A stretch of DNA of 64,000 nt from Diadema antillarum (lineage: Eukaryota): contig NW_027270909.1 of assembly GCF_040938485.1 (NCBI RefSeq), positions 3,162,001 to 3,226,000 on the forward strand. The letters are read 5' to 3'. A program made the translations under genes and the position numbers. Of the stretch, positions 26,375 to 38,043 are shown piece by piece; position 1 is the stretch's first letter; the number at the start of each line of letters is the position of its first letter. The notes beneath the pieces are model-generated. The model ran no database searches. It saw only the letters and a program-made list of their open reading frames with translations, and had not been told where the DNA came from.

Positions 26375-27869
26375 GAGGCCAGCTGTTGGTGAAATATCCA
26401 TGTCTTGAGTTCTTGCTCCAATGTATTCAGTATTGACTATTCAAATATTTTTAATGTATTCTTATAAGATGTGCTAAACTTCAGTATTGCCGTACACCTT
26501 GTCCTTATGAAAGATACGATTCTCCACTTCCATAGTAGGAAGCTATACAAATGCCATTATATCTAGTTCTATTACAACTGACTTGCTTTTATTATACTTC
26601 TTATCTTAGATTTATTTCTTATCTTACATTTGATAACTGATGTAATTTAGTCTTTGTTGAAAATGGGCATATAGTCGTCCAGTATGAATGACGCTTATCG
26701 ACTTTCTTTATTTTTGACTTCGATTTGATCGCAAATCGAAGGAGAAAAGTCTAAACATATTATTGAATTCTGCGTTATAGTGGAAAGGTAGAAATGCAGA
26801 ATATCCGAAAAGAGTGACGATTACATTCGAAAACCGACAGGGTAGAATTTTACTCAACTCAAATTACAGCCGCTGTCGCAGTATAGATGAATATACTTTC
26901 ATAATTTCTTTATTATCAAGACGAGAGGGAGAGATATTCTGTACATCGTTTTGTTCAAGATAATTTGTGATCTAAAATTGCAGTGTATCTTCTGTGTTAT
27001 AGTATTCTTCTTAAATATTTTCGGAGAATACTATGAGACGTGAGAGACCCAATACTAGTACCGTATACATATCATGGGTCAATCAGATATCTCTCTTTTT
27101 GAAACGCATAATATACAAATCTATATCTAATCATCATTCCAGTTTCTGACAATTTCCAACCTGCATTTATATGTGTCATGACGACGTGATCTCTGTGTGT
27201 GTTTGTTACTTCTTGAATTCTATGCATATTGTAATTCGCAAAGCCTGAAAAAGAAATGTAGGCTGTATTACTCAATGTTTGAGTATGGAAAAAAAAATGT
27301 CAAGTTTGACGTCATGCATTACAAGTATCCACTATGTGGCATAATGTTGTTACCTTCTGGAGGAAAAGATGTATTATTATTAAAGCGTGTATTTATACAT
27401 ATGTATATACTTATTTATACATATTACAGCCCACCTATTTATTTGTTAATTTATGCACTGTATTTATTAGCTTTTGTACAATAAGCTGACTGTAATATTA
27501 TGTATTTAACTGTTAGGTATACTATAATGACTCATAAAGTACACATAGATGGGGTTTCGAAAGAGTAAATAATGTGGTTTTCTGTCGCATTTTAAGTTTG
27601 ATTCATACTTCTGTAATATCAAACCAAAGCACTTAACCAAGATAATGACTATAAGGAGTGTTTAGACATGGCTAGATATTTAATTTCCTCATGGGGTGGG
27701 AAACGGTACTTCTCAAGTATATTCCGCGTAAATGCTTTGCATGCATGTACCTATTACAAAGGGCACTTTTTATTTATTGAATACAATAAAAAGCATGAAT
27801 GATAATGTATCGTGTCTGAACACATTATTGACTTCCCAAAGAGTTTACAAATACTTAAATGACATAACG

Positions 27870-27926
<57 letters not shown>

Positions 27927-28125
27927 CATTGTATCGAATAAAGATTGACGTGTGGAATCTGTTCGCCGACTTGCTTAGCAACCCTGCTAACCACAAGTGA
28001 CCGGTATCATTTTCTGTTTCCGCATTTGTACGTGTGCGTAAGAGTTTGAGTGTGGCCTTGTAGATCTGATGTTGATGTGCTTGATCGTGTGGTTGCAAGG
28101 GTGTGCATTTAGTTGTATGTATGCA

Positions 28126-28172
<47 letters not shown>

Positions 28173-28335
28173 ATATATCATTTCAGTGAATATGTGTAAG
28201 ATTTAGGGAGTGCGCTCAGTGAGAAGAGAAGTGAGTCAACATTTTCTTATCTCTCAGACTGAGCAGATACATACATCATTCAACATAATTTTGATGTAAT
28301 CATGTAGGCTTACTTGAAATAACACACACACACGC

Positions 28336-28375
<40 letters not shown>

Positions 28376-31300
28376 AACACACCAATGTAACGTGCGTATA
28401 CACAGCCAAAGCCTGAAACAAGCACGCATCACAAAAAGGAAGGCAATTTCTACTCGTTAGGAAGAAATCGTGAAAGAAACATTAAAATGCCTAATCTTTA
28501 CGCATTTTTACAATCTTTACAAATGACTTAAATAATCTATATCAAATATGATAGCTATAAAAACCCTCGAATAATATATATTTTACTCATTATTTATCTA
28601 GCGATCCACGTCCCACAAGCTTTGCTTTTTAGTGGATCACTATTTTCCATAATTGAATATATTTTCCGCACGCCCCCGAAGTAGAAATGTATTGTTCCTC
28701 GTAATTATTGTATATATACAGATGTATGTTGTTATATAATTTATCTCGGATACTACATGTCAACGTTTGAACAATATTATTTCATGACATGTAAACTTTA
28801 TACCATGTTTTGATTTTCGTTGATTGGACATAACTATGATTGAATTAAATTGAATTGAATAATAGAATACGTTGTTTCCATTTAAAAGAAAAAAAATGAG
28901 GAGTATGAGTTGGATGATCATTTAAAGACTATTTTAGATATCACTGGACGAAAGTTTCGAAAAGTTGGTCTTACGTAGGGACGGAGTTTTTGATTTGGGT
29001 TGTGATTTCATTTCGAGACTTACAGGTACTATACTGTTTGTCTATGCCATTTACCGGTATAATGAGAATGAACGAATTGAATAGGGTTACTTCAGAAGTG
29101 AAGAATGCATTGATCCAAGATTTTGAAATATTCGCGATTTGTAAATCGGTGTTCCAAACACACAAGTATAGAATAATGTTGATTTTAATTTCCTCCCTTT
29201 TAAATAGGGGACTTATCGGAAAATGATCGTAATAGCTTTGCGTACAACGAGAACTGTGATTTCTTCTGTCAGAGTATTTTTGCTCTAATGCAGGGGTATT
29301 ATAATAAGAAACTGCTACATTTTTCAAATGAATTTTAACCGTGAGTTTCTTTGTTTCCATCAATGCCCTTATATCTTAAAAAGACTCCCAACCGGAGTCA
29401 CCACAGGCAGACCTTTGCTCTACTGACTTTTGTCTAGATTTCTGCTTAACTGCTTAACTTTGTACCTTACATTTCGTAGTTTCCAGTCCTTTTAAATCTT
29501 CTTTCGGGGGAGGGGGGGGGGGGGGTATATCAAAGACTCCTAACCGAGGCGCCACAACTAGATTTCTCCTCAACCGATACAACTTGAGAGAAGCCGTGTT
29601 ATAACTTCGCTCTTCTCTAATCAAATAGGTCTGTGCAAGTTATGGACACCTGACATTGCCTGACAGTGACGGGTATAAACTAGAATGAGAGGACCTTGTC
29701 GACGATCAGTTGAAACATCGAAGAGAACCTGAGCCATGCATACAGTGTGGGTGATTAGACAACTAAAGGTTTTGAATACAATCTTTTACATGCAAAGTTT
29801 CTTAAGGATCTTAAGTAACCTAAGGAAAAGCGATATGTTGGAAGAAGCATTGGAGAATCACAACATCTTAATTTGAAATTGATATGCAGTGCAGTGCACA
29901 TTTACAATCTGGATATTTTGGGGACCTTGACATTTTGTTGCAAACGGTGTAAAAAAAATGCATACGTGAAAGAGATCTCGAATTTGAGCCTCCTCTCGTC
30001 CTGGTATTGTAGGATGCCATTATTCACACGGAGGTGCGATAGAACAAGGTCCGCCGGATTTTCGTAATTTCCGCCAAGTTCACTAGACTGTCATTTTCTC
30101 TTCCCCTGGCAAGATCAAAATAATGTAGACTGATCAAAAAAGTAATCAATAGTTATTTTTGGAGTTAATGATCCAAATGAGCTATTGTCCCGTTAGATCG
30201 ACATCCTTCTTTCTCTTCGTTAATTGTCTTGTAGATAAACAAATATTTCTCCGCCGTGATCATACACCTGTCGAATAAGATTGTACACATTTTGACGCTC
30301 ATGTTCACTCCAATCAGATATTGTTGCTGTACCGATCAGCAGGGATCCTGATCGATAATCATCTACACTGAGTCTACATACTGTTTTGGTTGCTTAGTGG
30401 GATTACTTCTGAAAATGTGCATAAAAGGGGAGCTTCCAAGTGAACATTAGGAAACCTGTGATTGTTTTGATGGAGATTCGTTAGGTCCAATAGACTTTGC
30501 TACATCCAATAAACCAAACCTGAATAAATAGCGTAGAAAACATCGAACAAATGTGCATACCACAATGACTTTCATATGACCTTTTTTTATTATTATCTTC
30601 TAGACTATCAATGCTGATAAACTCTAAAGAGACAAGGAGAAGTAACAGCATCGAAACCAGAAAAACTAGAGTACAAGCACATACGGTTACTTCTCAAATA
30701 GAAAGGGATATATTTATAACTTCGGAATAAAATAACAACGATATGCGTGTAACAATGACATCAGACACTTCGGAGAATTCCGCATAGTTTGGATTTCACA
30801 GATGGGAACATACATTTCCGTCTACTCAAAGAGTACTAAGATTTCACAGATGGGAACTTACATTTCCGTCTACTCAAGGAGAACTAAACTATATAACAGA
30901 GGAAAAAAACAGTCCACCACAACATCCGTCACGTTATGACAGTGCGGAATACATATGAAAGTACATTTCATCAGCACACACATATCCATACAGGGCAACT
31001 TGGTGGAAGGGCAAAATGGTACTGGCAAAGTATAAAAATTGTCAGGGTAAAAAAAAAAATTAAGAGCGAAAAATATCAATTTAACAAGAACTGCATATCT
31101 TACAAAAATAATATCAGGGATGAAATTCTACCTTAGTTGCAAAAGAAGTTGATATGAGTGTCTTTGCATTACATCAAAAGGTTTTGAATCAATTATACAG
31201 CTTGACGGACACGTCTGAGATAGGGAAACAATGCCGTGCCATACATATCTGTCCATCTTAAGAGTTTTCAAGTCGGATGTTTCATGCTCAATATATTGTG

Positions 31301-32151
31301 CAATGCAACCAGCGTAGGTCAAAGGTCTGGCCCCTCAGAATTTGCGGGAAAGTCTCAACAAAATTACATCAAATATTTATTCCTTTACACGGAAACAGGG
31401 ACAATAGTGCTCTACGACTAGATAAAGTAAGAGGAATAATCATACAATTAGGCACTGTCTCCGCATAGACATGTAAAAAGTTACACAGCTGGCTATTAAA
31501 AACATCAAGAAATATTGAAAACCTTTCATTGCTCGATATTCGTGCGTGGTCCATTTATAGAATATGAATATGAACAAAATAATGTATTTATTCAATATTG
31601 ATAAGCAAATTTCATGGTATGTATTATAAAACATTTGTTATGAAGATCAACGGTAGTTTGAATGAAGTTAGGTATATGGAGTAATACTATGTATCTGAAT
31701 GATATCCCAACTAGGCTATTTGTTGTTGACAAAAGATTTCATAGGTATGACGGAGAAGAAGAAAGGTTTTTTGTTAATATTTCTAAATGAAAGATCTGCG
31801 ATATCAAGTATGTGGTTTTACCAATAACATAAAAGCATCTGATGTTTTGTTGATACCAACTATTACCGTTGGGCGAAAGCAAAAGCCCAAGGGTAATTTG
31901 TAAAGGCAACTTTTTTATTGCTTTTTTCACGAAAGAGAAATATGAAAGTTTATTGTATTGTGAAAAGATCACAAATTTGAATGTAATTTGGGAGGAAGTA
32001 TTAAAAAATTAACATACATAGGAAAACGGAATAAAGCATTTTTTTTTTCAAAGATATGCTGTAGTTTAAACAAAAACAGTTTGTTCGGCAATGTAATGAC
32101 CCACATTTATATAATGTTTGTGATTGTAGGAAAGGCATCCAGCATCCATAT

Positions 32152-32842
32152 GTGACCGTGCACCTCAAAACGAACATAAAGTCGCACACACTGATTTTGC
32201 GTGAGGACTGAAAATAAGTGAAATGGGTCAACCTACCCGAACTTGACTTTTTCACATTTTCTGAAAGAGCGGGTCTTCTTTTACATTATGCTAACATTTG
32301 GTATCACAAAACGGGCAGGAAAGTGTGTTTTTTTTAGCAGTTTATCTCGAACATTTTTGGTAGAATAGTGTGATTAGGTGTGTCTTTAGAATCCCTTTTT
32401 CATTTCTGAAAAACCTTGTCCACACTCTTCACTTTCAACTCTAATAACTTTTAAAAGGATAGTGCTACTGCTTTGAAAGTTGGCGTTAATTATGGACAGA
32501 ATGTGTTAATGAGGCATGCTTAATTTCAGTTTAATCTGATAATCCCTTCATTGTTGTTACTCTGGTGGTTTACTTCCTGTTTTTTTATAACTTCCATCGC
32601 ACAGCCAGCACGGTTTGGTAAAGATTAAGCGCTTGAATAGACACTGTACTTCAAAGCCTCTTTTCTCAATTCACACTTTTCCTGAGTTTGTGCTTTCTTT
32701 CCAATATCTAGATAGGTTAGGAGAATCCATTTGATGTGAGTTATACATCATTTTAAAGCTTAAAGTCTGCTCTTTCAGAATATGGTCTTAACTAAAAATT
32801 CAAGTCTGGCGACTTTTTGTTTGTTTTGAGGTGCAGGGTCAC
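32152..32842 (+). mobile_element. Sola1-like MITE, 691 bp, unit 1 only
   Basis: Same TIRs as 18279-18967; TSD ATAT. Confidence 0.8.
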
Positions 32843-33109
32843 ATATTATGTACTGTAAGATGAATCGTTCTTTTTTTTCAATTTAAGAAATAGGTAAAAT
32901 GTGTTTTCTAGAGTCGATGCTTTTTTTATTATCATTGGAGCTAAGAAAATGAAAATGGGTGATATGGTAAATTTGGCATTTTGGAGTATTTATGAAGTGT
33001 TGATTATGAGAAAATTAAACAGGGAAGGACAAAAGGAACAGCTATTAATGATTTTGTGTTTGCTTGGTGTTTTTTTTTTCCGGAGAATTAGTGTTTTCAT
33101 AGATGCTGG

Positions 33110-33760
33110 AAAACGTGACTGTTACATGTATTCCAAGTTGGCGCTCTGGGAGTCATGAAGATGTTTATGAAGTCTTACCATGGTCTCATAAACGAGACCA
33201 TGGAAATGCCCATTCTTTTCCACCTAAAAATACAATCACATTGGCGTAAGATGTACACCAAAATAAACAACTTTCTCATACTTCAAAACATCTTCCAGGC
33301 TTATTAAAAAATGACGACGATTTTAAGCAATAGAGATAAAAAAATATTTCCACAATTAGACACTTTTGCAGTGACTTTACACTGAAACATATCAACAAAT
33401 TGTTTTTTCTACAAGATGAAAAGTGGAAAAGGTAAAGATAAATGAATGAGGATTTTTTTCTTTTTTATTTACATTGTCAAATGACTTGGATTTAATCAAT
33501 TTACAGGAGTAATTGTTTCACTTGATCATAGCATCAGAAGACTTGTGTTAGAAATTGAGGGAAGATATGCCGATGTATTTACCTCATTAGATGTTTAAGT
33601 TTATAAATTCATGTTCTAGGAAGAGAAATAGAGACAGAGTGAAGTAGACGTGTCGCTATTACATATGACAAGATATTTTCTTTTCGATGTTTTGGTTCAA
33701 GATGCCAGATAACACTTTGCCCTTCCTTGCTGGAAAGAACGCAGTGTCTTCACATAGTCA
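33110..33760 (+). pseudogene. Decayed reading frame repeated in each spacer (homologues at about 47810-48550 and 61690-61950)
   Basis: Consensus TGVIVLSQRLSLDHSIRRLVSEIEGRYADVFTSFDVKVYMHVLGRE; 15-nt in-frame deletion in unit 1; several synonymous differences between copies. Family unknown. Confidence 0.35.
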
Positions 33761-34774
33761 ACTATGAGAAAACGCTGGAGTTTAACAGTCTGAAGATTAT
33801 TTCACACTGTGGTGTGGTTTTTCACAGAGTATTCATTATCAATGTATTGTTCCACACTGTGAATTAATGATTCATACCTATAAATTGATGATTCACTATT
33901 GTGTTCATACTGTTGATATGCTCGAATTTATCAGTGTGAAGAGATTTCACACTGTGTTTACAATGTTTTCACACTGTGTTTCACTTAGTGTTTCACATTG
34001 TGGGACACTGTGTTCTTTCCAGCAGGGGTATTTGCAGTATTTTGAATGCAATTGCGAACACATTTCAGGTCTCAAATATATGTGTGTAAAGCGTAGCAAG
34101 TATGGCGAAACCGGAAGGAGGGGGAGGGGCAGACTCTACCTTTCCTTTCCTTTTCTAGGGGGAGAACATCTGTACATTTTAGTCGACATACTTACATTTT
34201 AGTTGCCATTTATCATTCACTATACTTTTCACCCCCAAAAGTCGGATTCTGATATTTCCTTGTTTTCTTGATATAGCAATAAGTTATCAGTAAGATATCC
34301 GTCTTTGTATAAGCCGAATTGGCCTTGCTTCCGTTTGTACGGCTTTGGTTTTTTACCACTGCAAAACAAAAAATACTCCTACTGGTAAATTTTCTGGGAC
34401 TCTTAATTTTCCTTTTGCATTAGTATCTTTACCTGTGTGTTTGAGTTTCTCTCATAAATGTTGTTTCAGGAAGATAAACTCTGTCGAGTGACAGATCCTT
34501 TAGAGTTACAAACTGTTTAACTCAGGGCTTCTCTCTATCTAAAACATTTCATCACATGATCTGTGTCACCAAATAGTGACTTCCGAAGTTTTCTTTAGTA
34601 TTCTTGCAATGAGTACTTTTGTTAGATAGAACTTTGGTCAGTTCCAAGATAAAGATTAGATCATTAAAAAATCCAGTTTGCTATTTTTTTAAGTGGAACA
34701 ATAAGTGTACTTTTAAGAAGGCTATTTTTGGATCTATATGTACATATTGTAATCTATTTCTGGCAACATCTCCA

Positions 34775-34962
34775 GGGAATTCCCTTGCCCTGGGAATAGT
34801 TTCATATTTGAACAGGGTGTACAGACGATGTGTCTTAGTTTAAACAGCGCAAAATTAGAGCTCGGGATGTCTATGATAGCGTGCGGGAAGGAACTAGGAA
34901 GTATGAAGACACGTTCCGTGTCAGGTGACATAATCTCCATCCGGTAAGCTGATGATATAAAA
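34775..34962 (+). promoter_or_regulatory. IL17-C proximal promoter
   Basis: Palindromic kB site GGGAATTCCC at 34775-34784; TTTCATATTTGAA; GGTGACATAA; CATCCGGTAA (ETS-like); TATAAAA at 34956-34962. Confidence 0.7.
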
Positions 34963-35153
34963 CTCGTCAGTGTGGGGTTTTCTCCATCATATTAAGCCTG
35001 TATGCTAGAACATCCAGAATATCACTGAGCATTTCTTGCCTGGATGATACCTCGACGTCAACCTACTTCGTGGAGAGGACTCGTAAACGTCTCAATTGGA
35101 AAGGCACGTTGTTATACTGCAAGAAACAAGAGGACTTCAACACCACGCTCAAA

Positions 35154-36221
35154 ATGAATGTGAGTCCTACCATCACTTTAGTTTGACATTCAAGAAGAGT
35201 CGTGCCATTATGATTATCTTACCAGCACACCTGACATTGACAGTTGCGATCGTTGCAATTACAATTCCGCATGGTATTTCAGTTGACTGCCTGCGCTCGT
35301 CTTTCATCTAGCAAACACTCGAAAATTTTGTCGCGGTGTACCCTATGTACTAGATTCAATTTATTTTGCATTTGTCAACTAATGCAGGTTAATGTATTTC
35401 TGCAAAAGTCGTGTGTAATTTGTCTATATCAAGAAACAAAAGGAAAATATTTATCGTAATTAAATATTCCATTTAAATGATTTCCCATTTGCATTGAAAC
35501 TCCGTTACTAGTTGAAATGCGAATAGTATTCAAGCTGTTTTCCACTTATCATGTTTTCTGCATTGAAATTAGCAATTAGTTTGATATGATTTTATCCATA
35601 TGGACGTATGGACGTATCATTTACCAATCTCTTATCATTTTGCCTCATCAGACCCTACTTCTACTTACGTCGATGGCAGCAGCAGCAGCAGCTATCATCC
35701 AGACCGTTACGTCGTCACCAGTCCCAAGCACCTCTCAGGCATGTCTGCCAATAGACGCAGCTGATTCCTATCGACGAGAAATGAACTCTAATCTGTTCTA
35801 TCCCAAAGCGGCAGCATTCGCCGTACAAAGTTTCAACCTGTCGACCAGTGATATGGGCTTGGCCCACACGTCGAGCTGTCCATTTGATGGCGTCTCCAGC
35901 CCGCAGAACTGCCCCGTAGGAGCGAAACCAAACGCTGGAAGTCCGGAGATCGTGAACCAGGACGGCTCGTGTCCATGGACCTACGTGGAATGCTTCGATG
36001 CCGACCGTATCCCGATGGTGATCACTATGGCTCAGTGTCAGTGTTCTGCATGTCTGGATCCTTACACACACCAAGTGGATCCAAACCTTCGATGTCAACC
36101 TGTGATGTACAACATGAAAGTCCTTCAGAAGACCCAGTGTGTGGATGGCCACTTCCGGTACGAGCAGAGGACCCTTCAAGTCCCTGTGTCATGTGCCTGT
36201 ATGCGCATGAGGCGAGCATAA
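35154..36221 (+). CDS. IL17: Interleukin-17 family cytokine, gene C; join(35154..35159, 35652..36221), 191 aa
   Basis: ATG AAT|GTGAGT, 492-bp intron, CATCAG acceptor; signal peptide MNTLLLLTSMAAAAAAIIQTVTS; complete IL-17 domain. Confidence 0.93.
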
Positions 36222-36812
36222 GAGGCCAGCTGTTGGTGAAATATCCATGTCTTGAGTTCTTGCTCCAATGTATTCAGTATTGACTGTTCAAATATTTTTA
36301 CTGTATTCTTGTAAGATGTGCTAAACTCCAGTCTTGCCTTACACCTTGTGCTCTACAAGAGCCATCTAGCTCTAACTAAAACTGAATTGTTGTTAAGACA
36401 TTTCTTTCTAAAAATTATTTATTATTAGCTGATGTAATTAGGCTTTTATGTAAATGAGCAAGAAGTTTGTTTGTATAAATGACGCTGATCGACTTTCTCC
36501 GTTCATTTTTGACGATGATTACATAGCAAATCGATGAATATTTTTGATTTATACGTTATAACGGAAAGTGGAAATTCAGAAAATCTGAAATTAGTGACGA
36601 TTACATTCGAAAAGGAAAAGGTAGAATTTAATTTGACTTAAAAACAATTACAGCTGCAGCGGTAGTTAGATAGATGATTCGAAGTTCATGATTTATTGTC
36701 TTTTTCATTAAAACGAGAGGTAGAAATTATATTGTAGATTGTTGTTGTTTTTTCAAGATGATTTGTTATGTAAAATTGCAATGTATCTCTTGTGTTATAG
36801 TATTTTTCTTAA

Positions 36813-37374
36813 ACAACAAGTTCATCTTTATATACATGTGGATTAAGTAAATGCAGCAATATCATTAGAACACATTAGTGAAAGTTTGGGGAAAATCGTA
36901 CGATCCGTTCAAAAGTTATGCATTTTTAAATCATCTGTGCAGTCACTGCTGGATAAGAAAGAAGTCTACTACTGTGTATGATGTCACAAGCATACATCGA
37001 TATAAGGAAGATGTAAATAGAATTTCACAAAAACTTTTAGTTTTTTTGAATAAAGTGCACATTTCCTCAATCTGTCACTGATGTATATTAAGGGTAATAT
37101 TATTCCCCCTGCCTTCTGACAGAGGCAAGTCAAGCGTTCTTATATCATTCGAGAAAGTGAAAATATGTTGAATTGTCTTTATATTTTATTTACATCGTTA
37201 TAATTATACATGTGACATCACAAGCAGTAATCTTATCAAGCAGTGACTTAGCAAAAACTTCAAAAATTCAAAACTTTTGAACGGGTTGTCCAAATTGTCC
37301 TCAACCTCTCGCTGATGTGTTCTAATATTGCTGCATTCACTTTATCCACATGTCTAGGAAAGTGATCTTGTCCT
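36813..37374. mobile_element. Kolobok-like MITE shared by units 2 and 3
   Basis: Follows TTAA at 36809-36812; TIRs containing AATGCAGCAATATCATTAGAACA and its reverse complement; empty TTAA site in unit 1 at 27011-27014. Confidence 0.75.
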
Positions 37375-38043
37375 TTCATCTTGTTAGGAGGATACTGTTA
37401 GACGCTTAAGACCCAATTCTACTACTGTGTATACATAATGGATCAATCAGTTCTCTTTCTCTTTAAACACATAATGTTCAAATTTCAATCTAATCATCAT
37501 TCTAGTTTTTGACAGTTTCCAACCTGCATTTGTATGTGTCATTAGGACGTGATCTCTGTGTGTGTGTGTTACTTTTTGAGTTCTCTGTATATTGTAATTT
37601 GCGAAGCCTGTAACAGAAATGTAGGCTCTATTACTCAATGTTTGAGTACGGGAAAAAAAGTCAAGTGTGACGTCATGCATTACATGTATCCACTATGTGG
37701 CATAATGTTGTTACCTTCTGGAAGAAAAGCTGTATTCCTATTAAAGTGTGCAGTTATATATATTCATATATTTATTTATACGTATCACAACCCACCTATT
37801 TATGTGTTAATGTATGTATTAGCCTCTGTACAATAAACTGACTGTAATATTATGTATTTTACTGTTTTGTATATTGTAATGACTCAAAAAGTAGATGGAG
37901 TTTCGAAAAAGTAATATGTGTGTGTGTGTGTGTGTGTGTGTGTTTTGTGTCACATTTTAAGTCAGATGTAAACTTCTGGAATATGAAACCGTGGAAAAAA
38001 AAAAACATTTAACCTATATAATGACTGTCAAGGGTGTTTAGAT

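Larger units (their letters stand above)
26375..35153 (+). repeat. Tandem segmental unit 1 spacer (B to C)
   Basis: Collinear blocks homologous to 36222-50210 and 51272-63244, for example 27050-27700 / 37420-37930 / 52440-52940. Confidence 0.9.

Noticed and set aside
29960-30110. Faint TIR-domain resemblance (ERDL...DAII...RRIFVFPPSSL) in the spacer fossil
   Set aside because: Spacing does not fit the TIR boxes, stops are present, and other frames look equally protein-like. It needs an HMM search.
33178-33203. Perfect hairpin CCATGGTCTC-ATAAAC-GAGACCATGG, a possible Helitron end
   Set aside because: No CTRR follows, and the paralogous copies at about 47934 and 61360 break the stem.
34000-34620. 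Minus-strand frame KPYKRKQGQFGLYKDGYL with an apparent 74-nt intron and kinase G-loop look
   Set aside because: It shares third codon positions with an equally plausible plus-strand frame, contains stops, and no other kinase motif is present.
35586-35651. ORF-track N-termini of A (20717), C (35586) and D (50699)
   Set aside because: They lie in pyrimidine tracts of introns. Canonical phase-0 splicing to the two-codon exon gives better signal peptides in all copies.
35715-36283. Antisense and alternative-frame ORFs over each IL-17 exon (for example MKGPLLVPEV..., MSMDLRGML..., MLASCAYR...)
   Set aside because: They are shadows of the GC-richer IL-17 codons and recur only because the genes are near-identical. 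They have no splice or promoter support.
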